A stretch of DNA of 64,000 bases, taken from the NCBI GenBank assembly GCA_017408915.1, contig JAFQTS010000032.1:11507-75506 (forward strand), written 5' to 3'. The notes beneath the pieces are model-generated. The model was given only the letters and a program-made list of their open reading frames with translations. It was not told where the DNA came from and did no database searches. Position 1 is the first letter of the stretch; each line of letters begins with the position of its first letter. Source of the stretch: Oscillospiraceae bacterium (GTDB lineage: Bacteria > Bacillota > Clostridia > Oscillospirales > Oscillospiraceae). Shown here piece by piece: positions 8,405-19,127 of this stretch. The position numbers were made by a program, and so were the translations under genes.

Positions 8405-9059
8405 GCTGAGATTACTGTTTATCAAGGAGGCACAGGCCGCCTACATCTCCCATCTGGATCTGATGCGCACCTTCCAGCGCTGCTTCCCCCGTACGGAGTT
8501 GGAAATTAAGCACACACAGGGCTATCATCCCCATCCCATCATCTCCATTGTCCTGCCTCTGCCCGTGGGTCAGAGCAGCGAATGCGAGCTGCTGGACTTC
8601 GAGGTGACCCAACAGAGCGACGGCAGCGGCATTGCCGAGAAGCTGAATACGGGCATGCCCGCAGGTATCCGTGTATTGGAGTGCTATGAGGTTACCCGCC
8701 CCGTCCGTGAGCTTTACGCCCTGCAGGCCGATGTGACGCTGGAGTACGATAACGGTGTCCCCGCAGGCGCAGCCGAGGCTATTCATGGGCTTCTCCACCG
8801 CGAGAGCCTTATTATCGAAAAGCGCACCAAGCGTAAGGAGTTGGCAGAGGTGGACATCGCCCCCATGATCCTCGATGCAGCCGTGACGGAAGGGGAGAAC
8901 GCCCTGCATATCGACCTGAAGGTGCAGGCACAGAATCCCGGCCTCAACCCCCAGCTCATTGAAAAAGCCATCGCCCGTGAGCTTCCGGAGCTGATGCCCG
9001 ACTTTATCCGCGTGCGCCGCAAGCGCGTTCTCGACGCAGAGGGAAAAGATTTCCGATAA
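8397..9059 (+). CDS. TIGR03936 family radical SAM-associated protein (DUF2344)
   Basis: YISHLDLMRTFQR and GYHPHP; overlaps the TIGR03960 stop. Confidence 0.9.
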   Translation: MSKLRLLFIKEAQAAYISHLDLMRTFQRCFPRTELEIKHTQGYHPHPIISIVLPLPVGQSSECELLDFEVTQQSDGSGIAEKLNTGMPAGIRVLECYEVTRPVRELYALQADVTLEYDNGVPAGAAEAIHGLLHRESLIIEKRTKRKELAEVDIAPMILDAAVTEGENALHIDLKVQAQNPGLNPQLIEKAIARELPELMPDFIRVRRKRVLDAEGKDFR

Positions 9060-9128
9060 TTTTAGTAAAAAAGTAAAAATTCCTCTTGCATTTTTGTGAG
9101 TTGTGTGGTATTCTATCATGGCGTTAAA

Positions 9129-9197
9129 AGGGCGGTCCTCTGTCGCCGGTGCTTCGTGAATTGAAAGAAGCACCCTTGTACGGCGTTACGAACACCT
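9129..9197 (+). ncRNA. Putative L19 ribosomal protein leader
   Basis: Downstream of TTGCAT-17-TATTCT; nested stems CGCCG/CGGCG and GTGCTTC/GAAGCAC with GGTCCTCTG...GAAC flanks; directly 5' of rplS. Confidence 0.55.
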
Positions 9198-9219
9198 ATA
9201 ATATAGGAGGAAAATATCC

Positions 9220-9558
9220 ATGGATCTCATCAAAGCATTGACTGAAAAGCAGCTGAAGGACGTGCCTGAGGTGCAGGTGGGCGATACCGTCCGCGTGCAC
9301 GTGAAGGTTAAGGAAGGCTCCCGTGAGCGTATCCAGGTCTTCGAGGGTACCGTGATTGCAAAGAAGCACGGTGGCATCGAGGAGACCATCACTGTCCGTC
9401 GTATCTCTTACGGCGTTGGCGTGGAGAAGGTTTTCCCTGTCCATTCTCCCTCCATCCAGACCATCGAGACCGTTCGTCACGGTTTCGTCCGTCGCGCCAA
9501 GCTGTACTATCTGCGTGACCGCGTCGGTAAGGCCGCCAAGGTTCGCGAGAAGCTGTAA
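9220..9558 (+). CDS. rplS: 50S ribosomal protein L19
   Basis: [20 protein letters not shown] and [10 protein letters not shown]. Confidence 0.98.
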   Translation: MDLIKALTEKQLKDVPEVQVGDTVRVHVKVKEGSRERIQVFEGTVIAKKHGGIEETITVRRISYGVGVEKVFPVHSPSIQTIETVRHGFVRRAKLYYLRDRVGKAAKVREKL

Positions 9559-9574
9559 GCAACAACTTAATCCG

Positions 9575-9612
9575 AAGAAAAACCGTCCGCGCAGCGGGCG
9601 GTTTTTTCTTTT
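9575..9612 (+). terminator. Terminator after rplS
   Basis: AAAAACCGTCCGC-gca-GCGGGCGGTTTTTT. Confidence 0.8.
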
Positions 9613-9671
9613 CATTTGATGAAAAGTGTGCTATACTATTTAAGATTAGTTAGAAATTCGAGGTGATACCC

Positions 9672-10541
9672 GTGCAAATAGAGAATTTAAGCTGGTTCCC
9701 CGGTCATATGACAAAGACCAAGCGTATGATCGTGGCGGAAATCAAGAATATGGACGCGGTATGTGAGATTTTGGATGCCCGCATCCCCATCTCCAGCCGC
9801 AATCCCGATGTGGACGAGATGACGGCAGGCAAACCCCGCCTGATCGTTCTCAACCGTGTGGATCAGGCCGATCCCAAGGAGACAAAGCGCTGGAGCGCTT
9901 ATTTCCGGGGAAAAGGTTACGCCGTTCTCGAAGCCAACGCCAAGGGCGGCGCAGGCACCAACCAGTTCGCCGCTGTGGTGCGGGAACTGCTGAAGGACAA
10001 GCTTGCCGCCTATGCCGAAAAAGGACAGGTGGGCCGCACCATCCGCGTTATGGTGCTGGGCATCCCCAACGTGGGCAAGTCCACCTTTATTAATAAGGTT
10101 GCCCACCGCAAGACCGCTAAGGCCGAGGATCGTCCCGGCGTCACCCGTACAAAGCAGTGGGTGCCCGTTGACCGCACGCTGGAGCTTTTGGACACCCCCG
10201 GTATCCTGTGGCCTAAGTTTGACGATACCTCTGTGGGTCTCCACTTGGCCTTCACAGGCGCCATCAAGGATGATGTCATGGACTTGGAGGAGCTTGCCTC
10301 TTTGCTGATGGAATATCTCGGCAAGCACTATGCCGAGGCTATCACCACCCGCTATAAGATCGAGATCGAGGAAGAGGACAGCGGCTACGATCTGCTGACC
10401 AAGGCAGGCCGCAAGCGCGGCTTCCTCATGCGCGGCGGCGAGGTAGACACCGAGCGTATGTCTCGCATTTTGCTTGACGAGTACCGCGAGGCAAAGCTGG
10501 GCAACTTCACGCTGGAGACGGTGGAGGATCTGAAGGAATGA
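9672..10541 (+). CDS. ylqF: Ribosome biogenesis GTPase RbgA/YlqF
   Basis: WFPGHM, DARIP, GIPNVGKS and DTPG; GTG start at 9672 or 9663. Confidence 0.95.
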   Translation: MQIENLSWFPGHMTKTKRMIVAEIKNMDAVCEILDARIPISSRNPDVDEMTAGKPRLIVLNRVDQADPKETKRWSAYFRGKGYAVLEANAKGGAGTNQFAAVVRELLKDKLAAYAEKGQVGRTIRVMVLGIPNVGKSTFINKVAHRKTAKAEDRPGVTRTKQWVPVDRTLELLDTPGILWPKFDDTSVGLHLAFTGAIKDDVMDLEELASLLMEYLGKHYAEAITTRYKIEIEEEDSGYDLLTKAGRKRGFLMRGGEVDTERMSRILLDEYREAKLGNFTLETVEDLKE

Positions 10542-11161
10542 GCGAACTTTGGACATACGAGCGGGAGGCTTGGGCTGAAGGCTACGCCACCGTCTGCGGC
10601 GTCGATGAAGCAGGCGCAGGCCCACTGATGGGCCCTGTGTATGCCGCCGCCGTCATCCTGCCCCGTGAGTGCGAGATCGAAGGTCTCAACGACTCCAAGA
10701 AGCTGACGGAAAAGAAACGCGAGGCGCTTTTCGACATCATTACCAACACCGCTGTTGCCTACGGCATCGCCCGTATCGAGGCCGCCGAAATTGATGCAAC
10801 GGACATCTTGAGCGCCCGCATGAAGGCCATGCATCTTGCTATGGAAGCCCTCAATCAGCCCATCGACATGGCGCTGATTGACGGAAATCGTGACAAGGGG
10901 AAATCCTTTACGATTACCGAGCCACACCGCCTTTTGGTGAAGGGTGACAGCAAAAGCGCCTCTATCGCCGCCGCCTCCATTTTGGCGAAGGTGAGCCGTG
11001 ACCGCTACGTGGTGGATGTGTTGGATAAGCAGTATCCCGCATATCAATTCGCCAAACACAAGGGCTACGGCACGGCACTCCATAAGGAACTGTACCTCAA
11101 ATACGGCCCTTGTCCCGAACACCGCTTGACCTTTTTGAAGAATTGGGAGGCAGAGCGATGA
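10538..11161 (+). CDS. rnhB: Ribonuclease HII
   Basis: GVDEAG, LNDSKKL, IDGN, KGDSKSASIAAASILAKV and KHKGYGT. Confidence 0.95.
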   Translation: MSELWTYEREAWAEGYATVCGVDEAGAGPLMGPVYAAAVILPRECEIEGLNDSKKLTEKKREALFDIITNTAVAYGIARIEAAEIDATDILSARMKAMHLAMEALNQPIDMALIDGNRDKGKSFTITEPHRLLVKGDSKSASIAAASILAKVSRDRYVVDVLDKQYPAYQFAKHKGYGTALHKELYLKYGPCPEHRLTFLKNWEAER

Positions 11162-11511
11162 GCAAACAGGAGGGCCTGCAGGGCGAAGCACTGGTAGCCG
11201 ATTACCTTCGTAATAACGGCTTTCAGCTGGTGGCTCACAGCTACTACTGCCGCTTCGGCGAGATCGATCTCATTGCATGGGAGGGAAATACCCTCTGCTT
11301 CATTGAGGTCAAGACCCGTACCAATTTGGAGATGGGTCTGCCCCGCGAATATGTGACACCCGCAAAGCAGAAAAAACTGCGAAAAACGGCCCTTTTCTAC
11401 CTTTCTGAGAAGAAACTGGACTGCTTTTGCCGCTTCGATGTGGCGGAGGTCTACGCTGAACAGGGCTTTGATAAGGCCCGCATCGTCTATCTGCGGGATG
11501 CCTTCCAATAA
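11158..11511 (+). CDS. yraN: YraN family (UPF0102) nuclease-fold protein
   Basis: GEIDLI, FIEVKTR and RFDV; follows rnhB. Confidence 0.92.
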   Translation: MSKQEGLQGEALVADYLRNNGFQLVAHSYYCRFGEIDLIAWEGNTLCFIEVKTRTNLEMGLPREYVTPAKQKKLRKTALFYLSEKKLDCFCRFDVAEVYAEQGFDKARIVYLRDAFQ

Positions 11512-11522
11512 GGAGACTTTCC

Positions 11523-12503
11523 ATGATTCCCTATTTTGATGCCCATTGTGATACCCTCTACCGCTGTATGGAAACAGGGGAGGGCGGTGAACTGGACTAC
11601 GGCGACACCCGCGCCGCGCAGTTAGCCTACTTCGATAAAAGCCGCCAACTGGGTCAGAATGAAGGGCACATTGACCTCGTGCGTGGTAAGGAATTTTCCC
11701 GCTATGGGCAGGTCTTTGCTCTGTTCCACGATGGGAAATATCCGCCCTCTGACGGCATGTGGGCGCAGTGTAACCGCATCCACGATTTCTTTCTTCAGCA
11801 GATGGAGGAGAACGCCGACCTTGTCCGTCACTGCCGCAACGGTGCAGAGATCGACAATGCTGTGGAAAACGGCAAAATCGCCGCCCTTCTCAGCATTGAG
11901 GGCGCTGATTTGATCGACTGCGATCCTTCAAAGATCGAAACGTTGGCCCAGTGGGGCGTGCGCATTCTCAATCCCGTGTGGAATCGTGCCAACGTCCTCA
12001 GCGGCAGCCACATTGCCCAGCCGGAGCGCGGTCTCAGCCAGCAAGGTCGTGGGTTTGTCCGTGAACTCTACCGCCACCACATCTATCCCGATGTGTCCCA
12101 TCTCTCCGACCGAGGCTTTTGGGACTTGGTAGAGCTGGGGGAGGGGGCAATCGTCGCCACCCACTCCAACGCCCGCAGTCTTTGCGGTCACAGCCGCAAT
12201 CTGACGGACGACCAGTTCCGTGCCATCCGCGACAGCGGCGGCGTGGTGGGTATCAATCTCTACCTCCATTTTGTGGGTGAGCCCACTATGGACGCACTGG
12301 TCGCCCATGTGGAGCATTTCCTCAACTTGGGCGGCGAGAAAACCATCTGCCTCGGCGGCGATTTGGATGGCTGCGAGGTGTTGGCGGCAGGAATGGAGGG
12401 CATGCAGGATGTGCCCCGCCTTTACGATGCGCTCCGCGCCCGCGGTTACAGTGCCGAACTCCTTGAGGACATCTTTTGGAACAACCTGCGCCGCATGTTT
12501 TGA
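11523..12503 (+). CDS. Membrane dipeptidase (peptidase M19)
   Basis: DAHCD, LSIEG, DVSH, ATHSN and GGDLDG. Confidence 0.9.
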   Translation: MIPYFDAHCDTLYRCMETGEGGELDYGDTRAAQLAYFDKSRQLGQNEGHIDLVRGKEFSRYGQVFALFHDGKYPPSDGMWAQCNRIHDFFLQQMEENADLVRHCRNGAEIDNAVENGKIAALLSIEGADLIDCDPSKIETLAQWGVRILNPVWNRANVLSGSHIAQPERGLSQQGRGFVRELYRHHIYPDVSHLSDRGFWDLVELGEGAIVATHSNARSLCGHSRNLTDDQFRAIRDSGGVVGINLYLHFVGEPTMDALVAHVEHFLNLGGEKTICLGGDLDGCEVLAAGMEGMQDVPRLYDALRARGYSAELLEDIFWNNLRRMF

Positions 12504-12527
12504 AATTTCTAAGAAAGGAGGCCACCT

Positions 12528-13217
12528 ATGGCTCTCTATGCGATCGGCGACCTCCATTTGTCGCTGAACTCCAATAAGCCCATGGACATCTTTGGCGAGG
12601 GCTGGCATAACTATGTAGAGCGTATCCGCGAGGGATTTTCTACTTTGACCGATGAGGACGTGACGGTGCTCTGCGGCGATCTCAGCTGGGGCATGAGTCT
12701 TGAAGAGTCGCTGGAGGACTTCCGCTTTATTGATGCCCTGCCCGGTAAGAAGATCCTCATGAAGGGCAACCACGACTACTGGTGGAACACCGCCGCCAAG
12801 ATGACAAAATTCTTCGAAGAGCACCAACTGACCACCTTATCTCTGCTCCACAACAATTGCCTGTTCTACGGCGATAAAGCCATCTGCGGCACTCGTGGCT
12901 GGTTTTATGAGCTGGATAATCAAGGAACACACAACGAGAAGATGCTGCTCCGTGAGGTGGGCCGATTGGAGACTTCCTTGAAAGCAGCAGGGGAGAGGGA
13001 GAAGCTCTGCTTCCTCCACTATCCCCCCATTTATCAGGGCTACCGCTGCCCTGAGATCATGCGTGTGCTCAGCGAATACGGGGTGAAGGAATGCTACTAC
13101 GGGCACCTTCACGGTGCTTCTCACCGCCGCGCCATCGAAGGAACGCGGGAGGGAACCCTGTTTTCCCTTGTCAGCGGCGATTTTTTGGGATTTAAACCCA
13201 AAAAAATTTGCGATTAG
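12528..13217 (+). CDS. Metallophosphoesterase (calcineurin-like)
   Basis: GDLH, GD, GNHD, HYPP and GHLH. Confidence 0.9.
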   Translation: MALYAIGDLHLSLNSNKPMDIFGEGWHNYVERIREGFSTLTDEDVTVLCGDLSWGMSLEESLEDFRFIDALPGKKILMKGNHDYWWNTAAKMTKFFEEHQLTTLSLLHNNCLFYGDKAICGTRGWFYELDNQGTHNEKMLLREVGRLETSLKAAGEREKLCFLHYPPIYQGYRCPEIMRVLSEYGVKECYYGHLHGASHRRAIEGTREGTLFSLVSGDFLGFKPKKICD

Positions 13218-13329
13218 TGAAAATAAGGTATAGCTTTTCTATCCAATATCTGCTATTATATGATATTGGCTTGACTATATTAATTTGGAATGCCATTTAA
13301 TTAAGTTTATATACTGGAGGAAATCAACA

Positions 13330-14694
13330 ATGACTGTCAAATCCTGCGAGAAACTGGAAAAGAGCATGGTCGCTCTGACCATCGAAGTGGGCGCCGAGGC
13401 CTTTGAGACTGCCGTCAACAAGGCATATCTCAAGATGCGCAACAAGCTAAACATCCCCGGCTTCCGTCCCGGCAAGGCTCCCCGCAAGATGATCGAGAGC
13501 ATGTACGGTGCCGAGGTCTTCTATGAAGAGGCTGTCAACGCCATTCTGCCCGAGGTCTATGAAGAGGCCGTGAAGGAGCAGAACCTTGAGGTCGTGGGTT
13601 ATCCCAACGTGGAGATCGAGTCCGTCGGTAAGGACGGCGTGGTGTTCAAGTGCACCGTGGCCGTGTATCCCGAGGTTGAGCTGGGTCAGTATAAGGGTCT
13701 CGAGGCCGTCAAGGCCGAGGTCAAGGTCATGGCCGCTGACGTCAATGCCCGTCTGAAGGAGATGGCCGAGCGCAACAGCCGTCTGGTGAGCGTTGAGCGC
13801 GCCGTGAAGAAGGGCGACACCGCCAACATCGACTTCGAGGGCTTCGACAATGGCGTCGCTTTCGACGGCGGTAAGGGTGAGGCTTTCGATCTGGAGATCG
13901 GCTCCGGCACTTTCGTTCCCGGCTTTGAGGATCAGCTGATCGGCATGAAGGCCGGCGAGGAGAAGGAGATCGACATCACCTTCCCCGAGAACTACACTCC
14001 CGAGCTGGCCGGTAAGCCCGTGGTCTTCAAGGTGAAGGTCAACGAGGTCAAGGTCAAGGAGCTGCCCGCTATCGATGACGAGTTCGCTAAGGACGTTTCC
14101 GAGTTCGACACGCTGAAGGATCTGAAGGCTGACATCAAAAAGAAGATCACCGAGGATCGCAAGGCTGCCGCTCAGCGCGCTTTCGAGGATGCTCTGATGA
14201 CCAAGGTCGCCGAGGGCATCAAGGCTGAGATCCCCGATGACATGGTGGCTTTCCAGGCTGAGAAGATGATTGACGGCTTCAAGCAGCAGCTGGCTTCTCA
14301 GGGTATCCCCTTCGACCAGTATGTGAAGATGACCGGCATGACCGAGGAGGCCATGAAGGCTGACGCTATGGGCCCCGCTCTGGAGCAGCTGCGCATGGAT
14401 CTGGCTGTCGAGGCCATCGTGAAGGCTGAGAATCTGGAAGTCTCCGACGACGAGGTGGAGGCCGAGTACAAGAACCTCAGCGAGAAGTACGGCATGGACA
14501 TCGAGATGGTCAAGAAGTATCTGCCCGCTGAGCAGATCAAGGAGCAGGTCATCCGCGAGAAGGTCATCAAGGTCGTGGCTGACAGCGCCAAGGCTCTGGC
14601 TCCCGCTAAGGAAGAGGAGGCCGAGGGCGAGGAGAAGCCCGCTAAGAAGCCCGCCGCAAAGAAGACCACCAAGAAGACTGAGGAAGAGAAATAA
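13330..14694 (+). CDS. tig: Trigger factor
   Basis: PGFRPGKAP signature and FKBP domain; RBS GGAGG before 13330. Confidence 0.97.
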   Translation: MTVKSCEKLEKSMVALTIEVGAEAFETAVNKAYLKMRNKLNIPGFRPGKAPRKMIESMYGAEVFYEEAVNAILPEVYEEAVKEQNLEVVGYPNVEIESVGKDGVVFKCTVAVYPEVELGQYKGLEAVKAEVKVMAADVNARLKEMAERNSRLVSVERAVKKGDTANIDFEGFDNGVAFDGGKGEAFDLEIGSGTFVPGFEDQLIGMKAGEEKEIDITFPENYTPELAGKPVVFKVKVNEVKVKELPAIDDEFAKDVSEFDTLKDLKADIKKKITEDRKAAAQRAFEDALMTKVAEGIKAEIPDDMVAFQAEKMIDGFKQQLASQGIPFDQYVKMTGMTEEAMKADAMGPALEQLRMDLAVEAIVKAENLEVSDDEVEAEYKNLSEKYGMDIEMVKKYLPAEQIKEQVIREKVIKVVADSAKALAPAKEEEAEGEEKPAKKPAAKKTTKKTEEEK

Positions 14695-14753
14695 GATTAG
14701 CATTTTTCGGGATGGGTATACTTAACTATCTTTCGTAACGGAGGTACAATACA

Positions 14754-15335
14754 ATGAGTTTAGTCCCCTATGTTGTAGAGCAGACCAACCGCGGTGAGCG
14801 TTCTTATGACATTTTCTCCCGCCTGCTCAACGACCGTATCATCTTCCTGGGCGAAGAAGTGAATGATACCACCGCCAGCCTCGTTGTGGCCCAGCTCCTG
14901 TATTTGGAAGCACAGGACCCCGACAAGGATATCCAGATGTATATCAACAGCCCCGGCGGCTCCGTGACGGCCGGCATGGCCATCTACGATACCATGCAGT
15001 ACATCAAGTGCGATGTCTCTACCATCTGCATCGGTATGGCCGCCTCCATGGGCGCATTCCTGCTCTCCAGCGGCGCTAAGGGCAAGCGCATCGCCCTGCC
15101 CAACGCCGAGGTGATGATCCATCAGCCCTCCGCCGGTACCCGCGGTAAGGTCACCGACATGGAGATCGATGTGGAGCATTTCCTGAAGATCAAGCAGCGC
15201 CTGAACAAGATCTTGTCCGAGAATACCGGCAAGAGCGAGGAGCAGGTGAAGCAGGATTCCGAGCGCGACCGTTGGATGAGCGCCGAAGAGGCCAAGGACT
15301 ACGGTCTGGTGGATAAGGTCATCTACAAGCGTTGA
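14754..15335 (+). CDS. clpP: ATP-dependent Clp protease proteolytic subunit
   Basis: [16 protein letters not shown] and MIHQP. Confidence 0.98.
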   Translation: MSLVPYVVEQTNRGERSYDIFSRLLNDRIIFLGEEVNDTTASLVVAQLLYLEAQDPDKDIQMYINSPGGSVTAGMAIYDTMQYIKCDVSTICIGMAASMGAFLLSSGAKGKRIALPNAEVMIHQPSAGTRGKVTDMEIDVEHFLKIKQRLNKILSENTGKSEEQVKQDSERDRWMSAEEAKDYGLVDKVIYKR

Positions 15336-15348
15336 AACGAGGTAAGCT

Positions 15349-16653
15349 ATGGCGGATAACACCAAAGCAACGAAATCTCTGCGCTGCTCTTTCTGCGGCA
15401 AGGAGGAGCATATGGTCCACCGTATGGTGCAGGGCCCCGGCGTACGCATCTGCGATGAGTGCGTGGAGCTGTGTGTCGCCATCTTGGAGGAGGGCTACGC
15501 AACGTCCGCTCCTGTGGAAACGGTCGATCAGCTTCCCACGCCCCGTCAGATCAAAGAGGTGCTGGATCAGTATGTCATCGGACAGGAGGAGGCCAAGATC
15601 GCCCTCTCCGTGTCGGTGTACAACCACTATAAGCGCGTCTATTTCGGCGGCGGCGACGATGTGGAGCTGCAAAAGAGCAACATTCTGATGATTGGCCCCA
15701 CCGGCTGCGGCAAGACCCTCTTTGCCCAGACGCTGGCCCGCACCTTGAATGTCCCCTTTGCCATTGCCGATGCCACCACGCTGACCGAGGCCGGTTACGT
15801 GGGCGACGATGTGGAGAATATTCTCCTGCGTCTTTTGCAGGCAGCGGACTTCGATGTGGAGCGTGCTGAACACGGCATCATCTATGTAGACGAGATCGAT
15901 AAGATCGCCCGCAAGAGCGAAAACACTTCTATTACCCGCGATGTGTCCGGCGAGGGTGTGCAGCAGGCACTGCTGAAGATCCTGGAAGGCACCGTCGCCA
16001 ATGTCCCCCCACAGGGTGGACGCAAACATCCCCATCAGGAATTCATTCAGATCGACACCCGCAACATCCTCTTCATCTGCGGCGGTGCTTTCGATGGCTT
16101 GGAGAAGATCATCGAGCGCCGTACCGACCGCAAGGGCATCGGCTTCGATGCCATCGTGGAGAGCAAGGCGCAGCGCGCTGAGGGCGCACTCTTGAAAGAA
16201 GTGCAGCCCCATGACCTTTTGAAGTTCGGCATCATCCCCGAGCTGGTTGGTCGTCTGCCTGTGATCGCACCGCTGAGCGGTTTGAGCCGCACCGACTTGG
16301 TGCGTATCCTCACCGAGCCTAAGAATGCGCTGGTGAAGCAGTATCAGAAATTGCTGGGCTACGATGATGTGGAGCTCATATTTACCGATGATGCGCTGGA
16401 AGCAGTGGCTGACAAGGCCATCGAGCGCCGTATCGGTGCCCGCGGCCTCCGTGCCGTGCTGGAAGGTGTGCTGACGGAGCTGATGTATGACATCCCCTCC
16501 AATCCTTCCATCGAGCGTGTCACCATTACCGCTGAATGTGTCCACGACGGCACCGCACCCGAGATCATCCGTGATCCCGAGAAGGTCGAGCGCCGCGTCA
16601 AGATTAAGACCGGGAGCAAGGGTAAGAAAAAAGCCCCCGCTTCGGCCTCTTAA
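15349..16653 (+). CDS. clpX: ATP-dependent Clp protease ATP-binding subunit ClpX
   Basis: CSFC..CDEC zinc finger, GPTGCGKT and IGF loop. Confidence 0.98.
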   Translation: MADNTKATKSLRCSFCGKEEHMVHRMVQGPGVRICDECVELCVAILEEGYATSAPVETVDQLPTPRQIKEVLDQYVIGQEEAKIALSVSVYNHYKRVYFGGGDDVELQKSNILMIGPTGCGKTLFAQTLARTLNVPFAIADATTLTEAGYVGDDVENILLRLLQAADFDVERAEHGIIYVDEIDKIARKSENTSITRDVSGEGVQQALLKILEGTVANVPPQGGRKHPHQEFIQIDTRNILFICGGAFDGLEKIIERRTDRKGIGFDAIVESKAQRAEGALLKEVQPHDLLKFGIIPELVGRLPVIAPLSGLSRTDLVRILTEPKNALVKQYQKLLGYDDVELIFTDDALEAVADKAIERRIGARGLRAVLEGVLTELMYDIPSNPSIERVTITAECVHDGTAPEIIRDPEKVERRVKIKTGSKGKKKAPASAS

Positions 16654-16730
16654 CAACCGTAACAGCAGGGGAGAGGCATTGCCTCTCCCCATGCCTTTAT
16701 CCCGCATTCCCCTGAAAAGGAGACCCACTT

Positions 16731-19127
16731 ATGGAACGTATGACATTGAATACCCCCGTCATTGCCCTTCGCGGCTTAACGGTTTTCCCCGATCTCACCA
16801 TGAGTTTCGATGTGGAGCGCGAGATCTCCATCTACGCTCTCGACAACGCCATGGACGCAGATCGTATGATTTTCCTTGTTACCCAGCGTGACATCGCCAC
16901 AGCCTTGCCCGAGGAGAAGGATCTTTTCAATATGGGCACGCTGTGCCGCATTTTGCAGATCATCAAGACCTCCGAGACCTCCGTCCGCGTGGTGGTGGAA
17001 GGTCAGCAGCGCGCGCGTATCCTGCGCCTGTGGCAGACCAAGCCCTTCCTGCAGGCACAGATCGAGCTGGTGGACGAGGACTTCCCCGGCAAGCACACCA
17101 ACCGCGTGGAGGCGCTGATCCGTCAGACCTACGCCATCTTCGGCGCCTACAAGGACTTGGTTGGCAACCTCAGCGATGATTTTGTCTCCACGGTGCTGGA
17201 TTGCCGCGACCCCGGCCAATTGGCTGATTTTGTGGCGCAGAATATCAATCTCCGCCACGGTGATCGCCAGCGTGTGCTGGAAGAGCTCCATCCTGTGAAG
17301 CGCTTGAAGCTCTTTAACGAGATCCTCGCCCATGAGGTGGATGTCATCTCCCTCGAGGTGGAGATGGAGCAGAAGGTGCGTGCCCGTGTCGCCCGCGTGC
17401 AGAAGGACATGATCCTCCGTGAGCAGGTGAAGGTACTGCAGCACGAACTGGGCGATGACGGCGATGAGGAGCTGCAGGAGTACGCCGAGAAGATCGACAA
17501 TGCCAAGCTCTCTGACGAGGTGCGCAAAAAGCTCTGCAAGGAGCTGGATCGTTTGGGCAAGCAGCCTTTCGGCAGCGCCGAGGCCTCTGTCATCCGCAAC
17601 TATCTCGATACCTGCCTCGATATGCCTTGGAATAAGTACACCCGCGACCGCGCCGATGTTGCCAAGGCCCGCGCCATCCTTGACCGCGACCATTTCGGCC
17701 TTGAAAAGGTAAAAGAACGGATTTTGGAGTTTATTGCCGTCCATCAAATTAACCCTGAGGCCAAGGGTAAGATCCTCTGCCTCGTTGGACCTCCCGGCGT
17801 TGGTAAGACCTCTATCGCCATCTCTGTTGCCAAGGCCATGAACCGCAAGCTGTCCCGTCTCTCTCTCGGCGGCGTCCGCGACGAGGCGGATATCCGTGGT
17901 CACCGTAAGACCTACATCGGTGCCATGCCCGGTCGTATTATCGATGCCCTCATCCGCGCAGGTTCCATGAATCCGCTGTTGGTGCTGGACGAGATCGACA
18001 AGCTGGCAAACGACTCCCGCGGCGATCCCGCCTCCGCGCTCCTTGAGGTGCTGGACGCCGAGCAGAACGGCTCTTTCCGCGATCACTTCATGGAGCTGCC
18101 TGTTGACCTCAGCCGCATCATGTTCATCACCACTGCCAATACTACCGATACCATTCCCAGACCCCTCCTCGACCGTATGGAGCTGATTGAACTGAGCAGC
18201 TACACCGACGAGGAAAAGCTGGAGATCGCCAAGCGCCATCTGCTGCCCAAGCAGCTGAAGGAGCATGGCTTGAAGAAAACGCAGCTGAAACTCTCGGATA
18301 ACGCCATTCGTCGCACCATCTCCGACTATACCCGCGAGAGTGGTGTCCGCGTACTGGAACGTCAGCTTGGTAAGCTGTGCCGTAAAACCGCAATGGCACT
18401 TGTGGAGAATAATGTAAAGTCTGTTACCATTACAGATAAAAACCTCCCCGACTACCTTGGCACCGTGCGTTATACCCCCGGTGTACATACGACCCGCGAT
18501 GAAATCGGTGTGGTCAACGGCCTTGCCTGGACGGAAGTGGGCGGCGAGATCTTGGAAGTGGAAGTCAACGTCATGGACGGCACAGGCAAGCTGGAACTGA
18601 CGGGCAATTTGGGCACGGTCATGCAGGAATCTGCCAAGGCTGCCCTCAGTTGTCTCCGCAGCCGTACCGACAGCCTGCGCCTTGAGAAGGAGTTTTACAA
18701 GACCAAGGACATCCACATCCACTTCCCCGAGGCGGCAACGCCTAAGGATGGCCCCAGTGCAGGTATCGCCATCACCACTGCCATGCTCTCCGCGCTCACG
18801 GGCCGCTTGGTGCGCCGTGAGGTGGCCATGACGGGTGAGGTGACCCTCCGTGGTCGCGTGCTGCCCATCGGCGGTCTGAAAGAAAAGACCATGGCAGCCC
18901 TCCGCAACGGTATGAAAACCGTGATCATCCCCAAGGAGAACGAGAAGGATCTGCAGGACATCGACCCCGTGGTGCGTAAGGCACTCCACTTCATCCCTGT
19001 GGAGACGGTGGATGCCGTCTTTGCAGCAGCCTTGGTGCCCGAAACACAGGCAGATGCTGTAGATCATCTCTCCACCTTTACTGCCGATACATCCTATACG
19101 GAGGTGCGTCATGGGAATCAACTTTAA
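16731..19127 (+). CDS. lon: Endopeptidase La
   Basis: LON N domain, GPPGVGKT and PKDGPSAG catalytic Ser. Confidence 0.98.
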   Translation: MERMTLNTPVIALRGLTVFPDLTMSFDVEREISIYALDNAMDADRMIFLVTQRDIATALPEEKDLFNMGTLCRILQIIKTSETSVRVVVEGQQRARILRLWQTKPFLQAQIELVDEDFPGKHTNRVEALIRQTYAIFGAYKDLVGNLSDDFVSTVLDCRDPGQLADFVAQNINLRHGDRQRVLEELHPVKRLKLFNEILAHEVDVISLEVEMEQKVRARVARVQKDMILREQVKVLQHELGDDGDEELQEYAEKIDNAKLSDEVRKKLCKELDRLGKQPFGSAEASVIRNYLDTCLDMPWNKYTRDRADVAKARAILDRDHFGLEKVKERILEFIAVHQINPEAKGKILCLVGPPGVGKTSIAISVAKAMNRKLSRLSLGGVRDEADIRGHRKTYIGAMPGRIIDALIRAGSMNPLLVLDEIDKLANDSRGDPASALLEVLDAEQNGSFRDHFMELPVDLSRIMFITTANTTDTIPRPLLDRMELIELSSYTDEEKLEIAKRHLLPKQLKEHGLKKTQLKLSDNAIRRTISDYTRESGVRVLERQLGKLCRKTAMALVENNVKSVTITDKNLPDYLGTVRYTPGVHTTRDEIGVVNGLAWTEVGGEILEVEVNVMDGTGKLELTGNLGTVMQESAKAALSCLRSRTDSLRLEKEFYKTKDIHIHFPEAATPKDGPSAGIAITTAMLSALTGRLVRREVAMTGEVTLRGRVLPIGGLKEKTMAALRNGMKTVIIPKENEKDLQDIDPVVRKALHFIPVETVDAVFAAALVPETQADAVDHLSTFTADTSYTEVRHGNQL

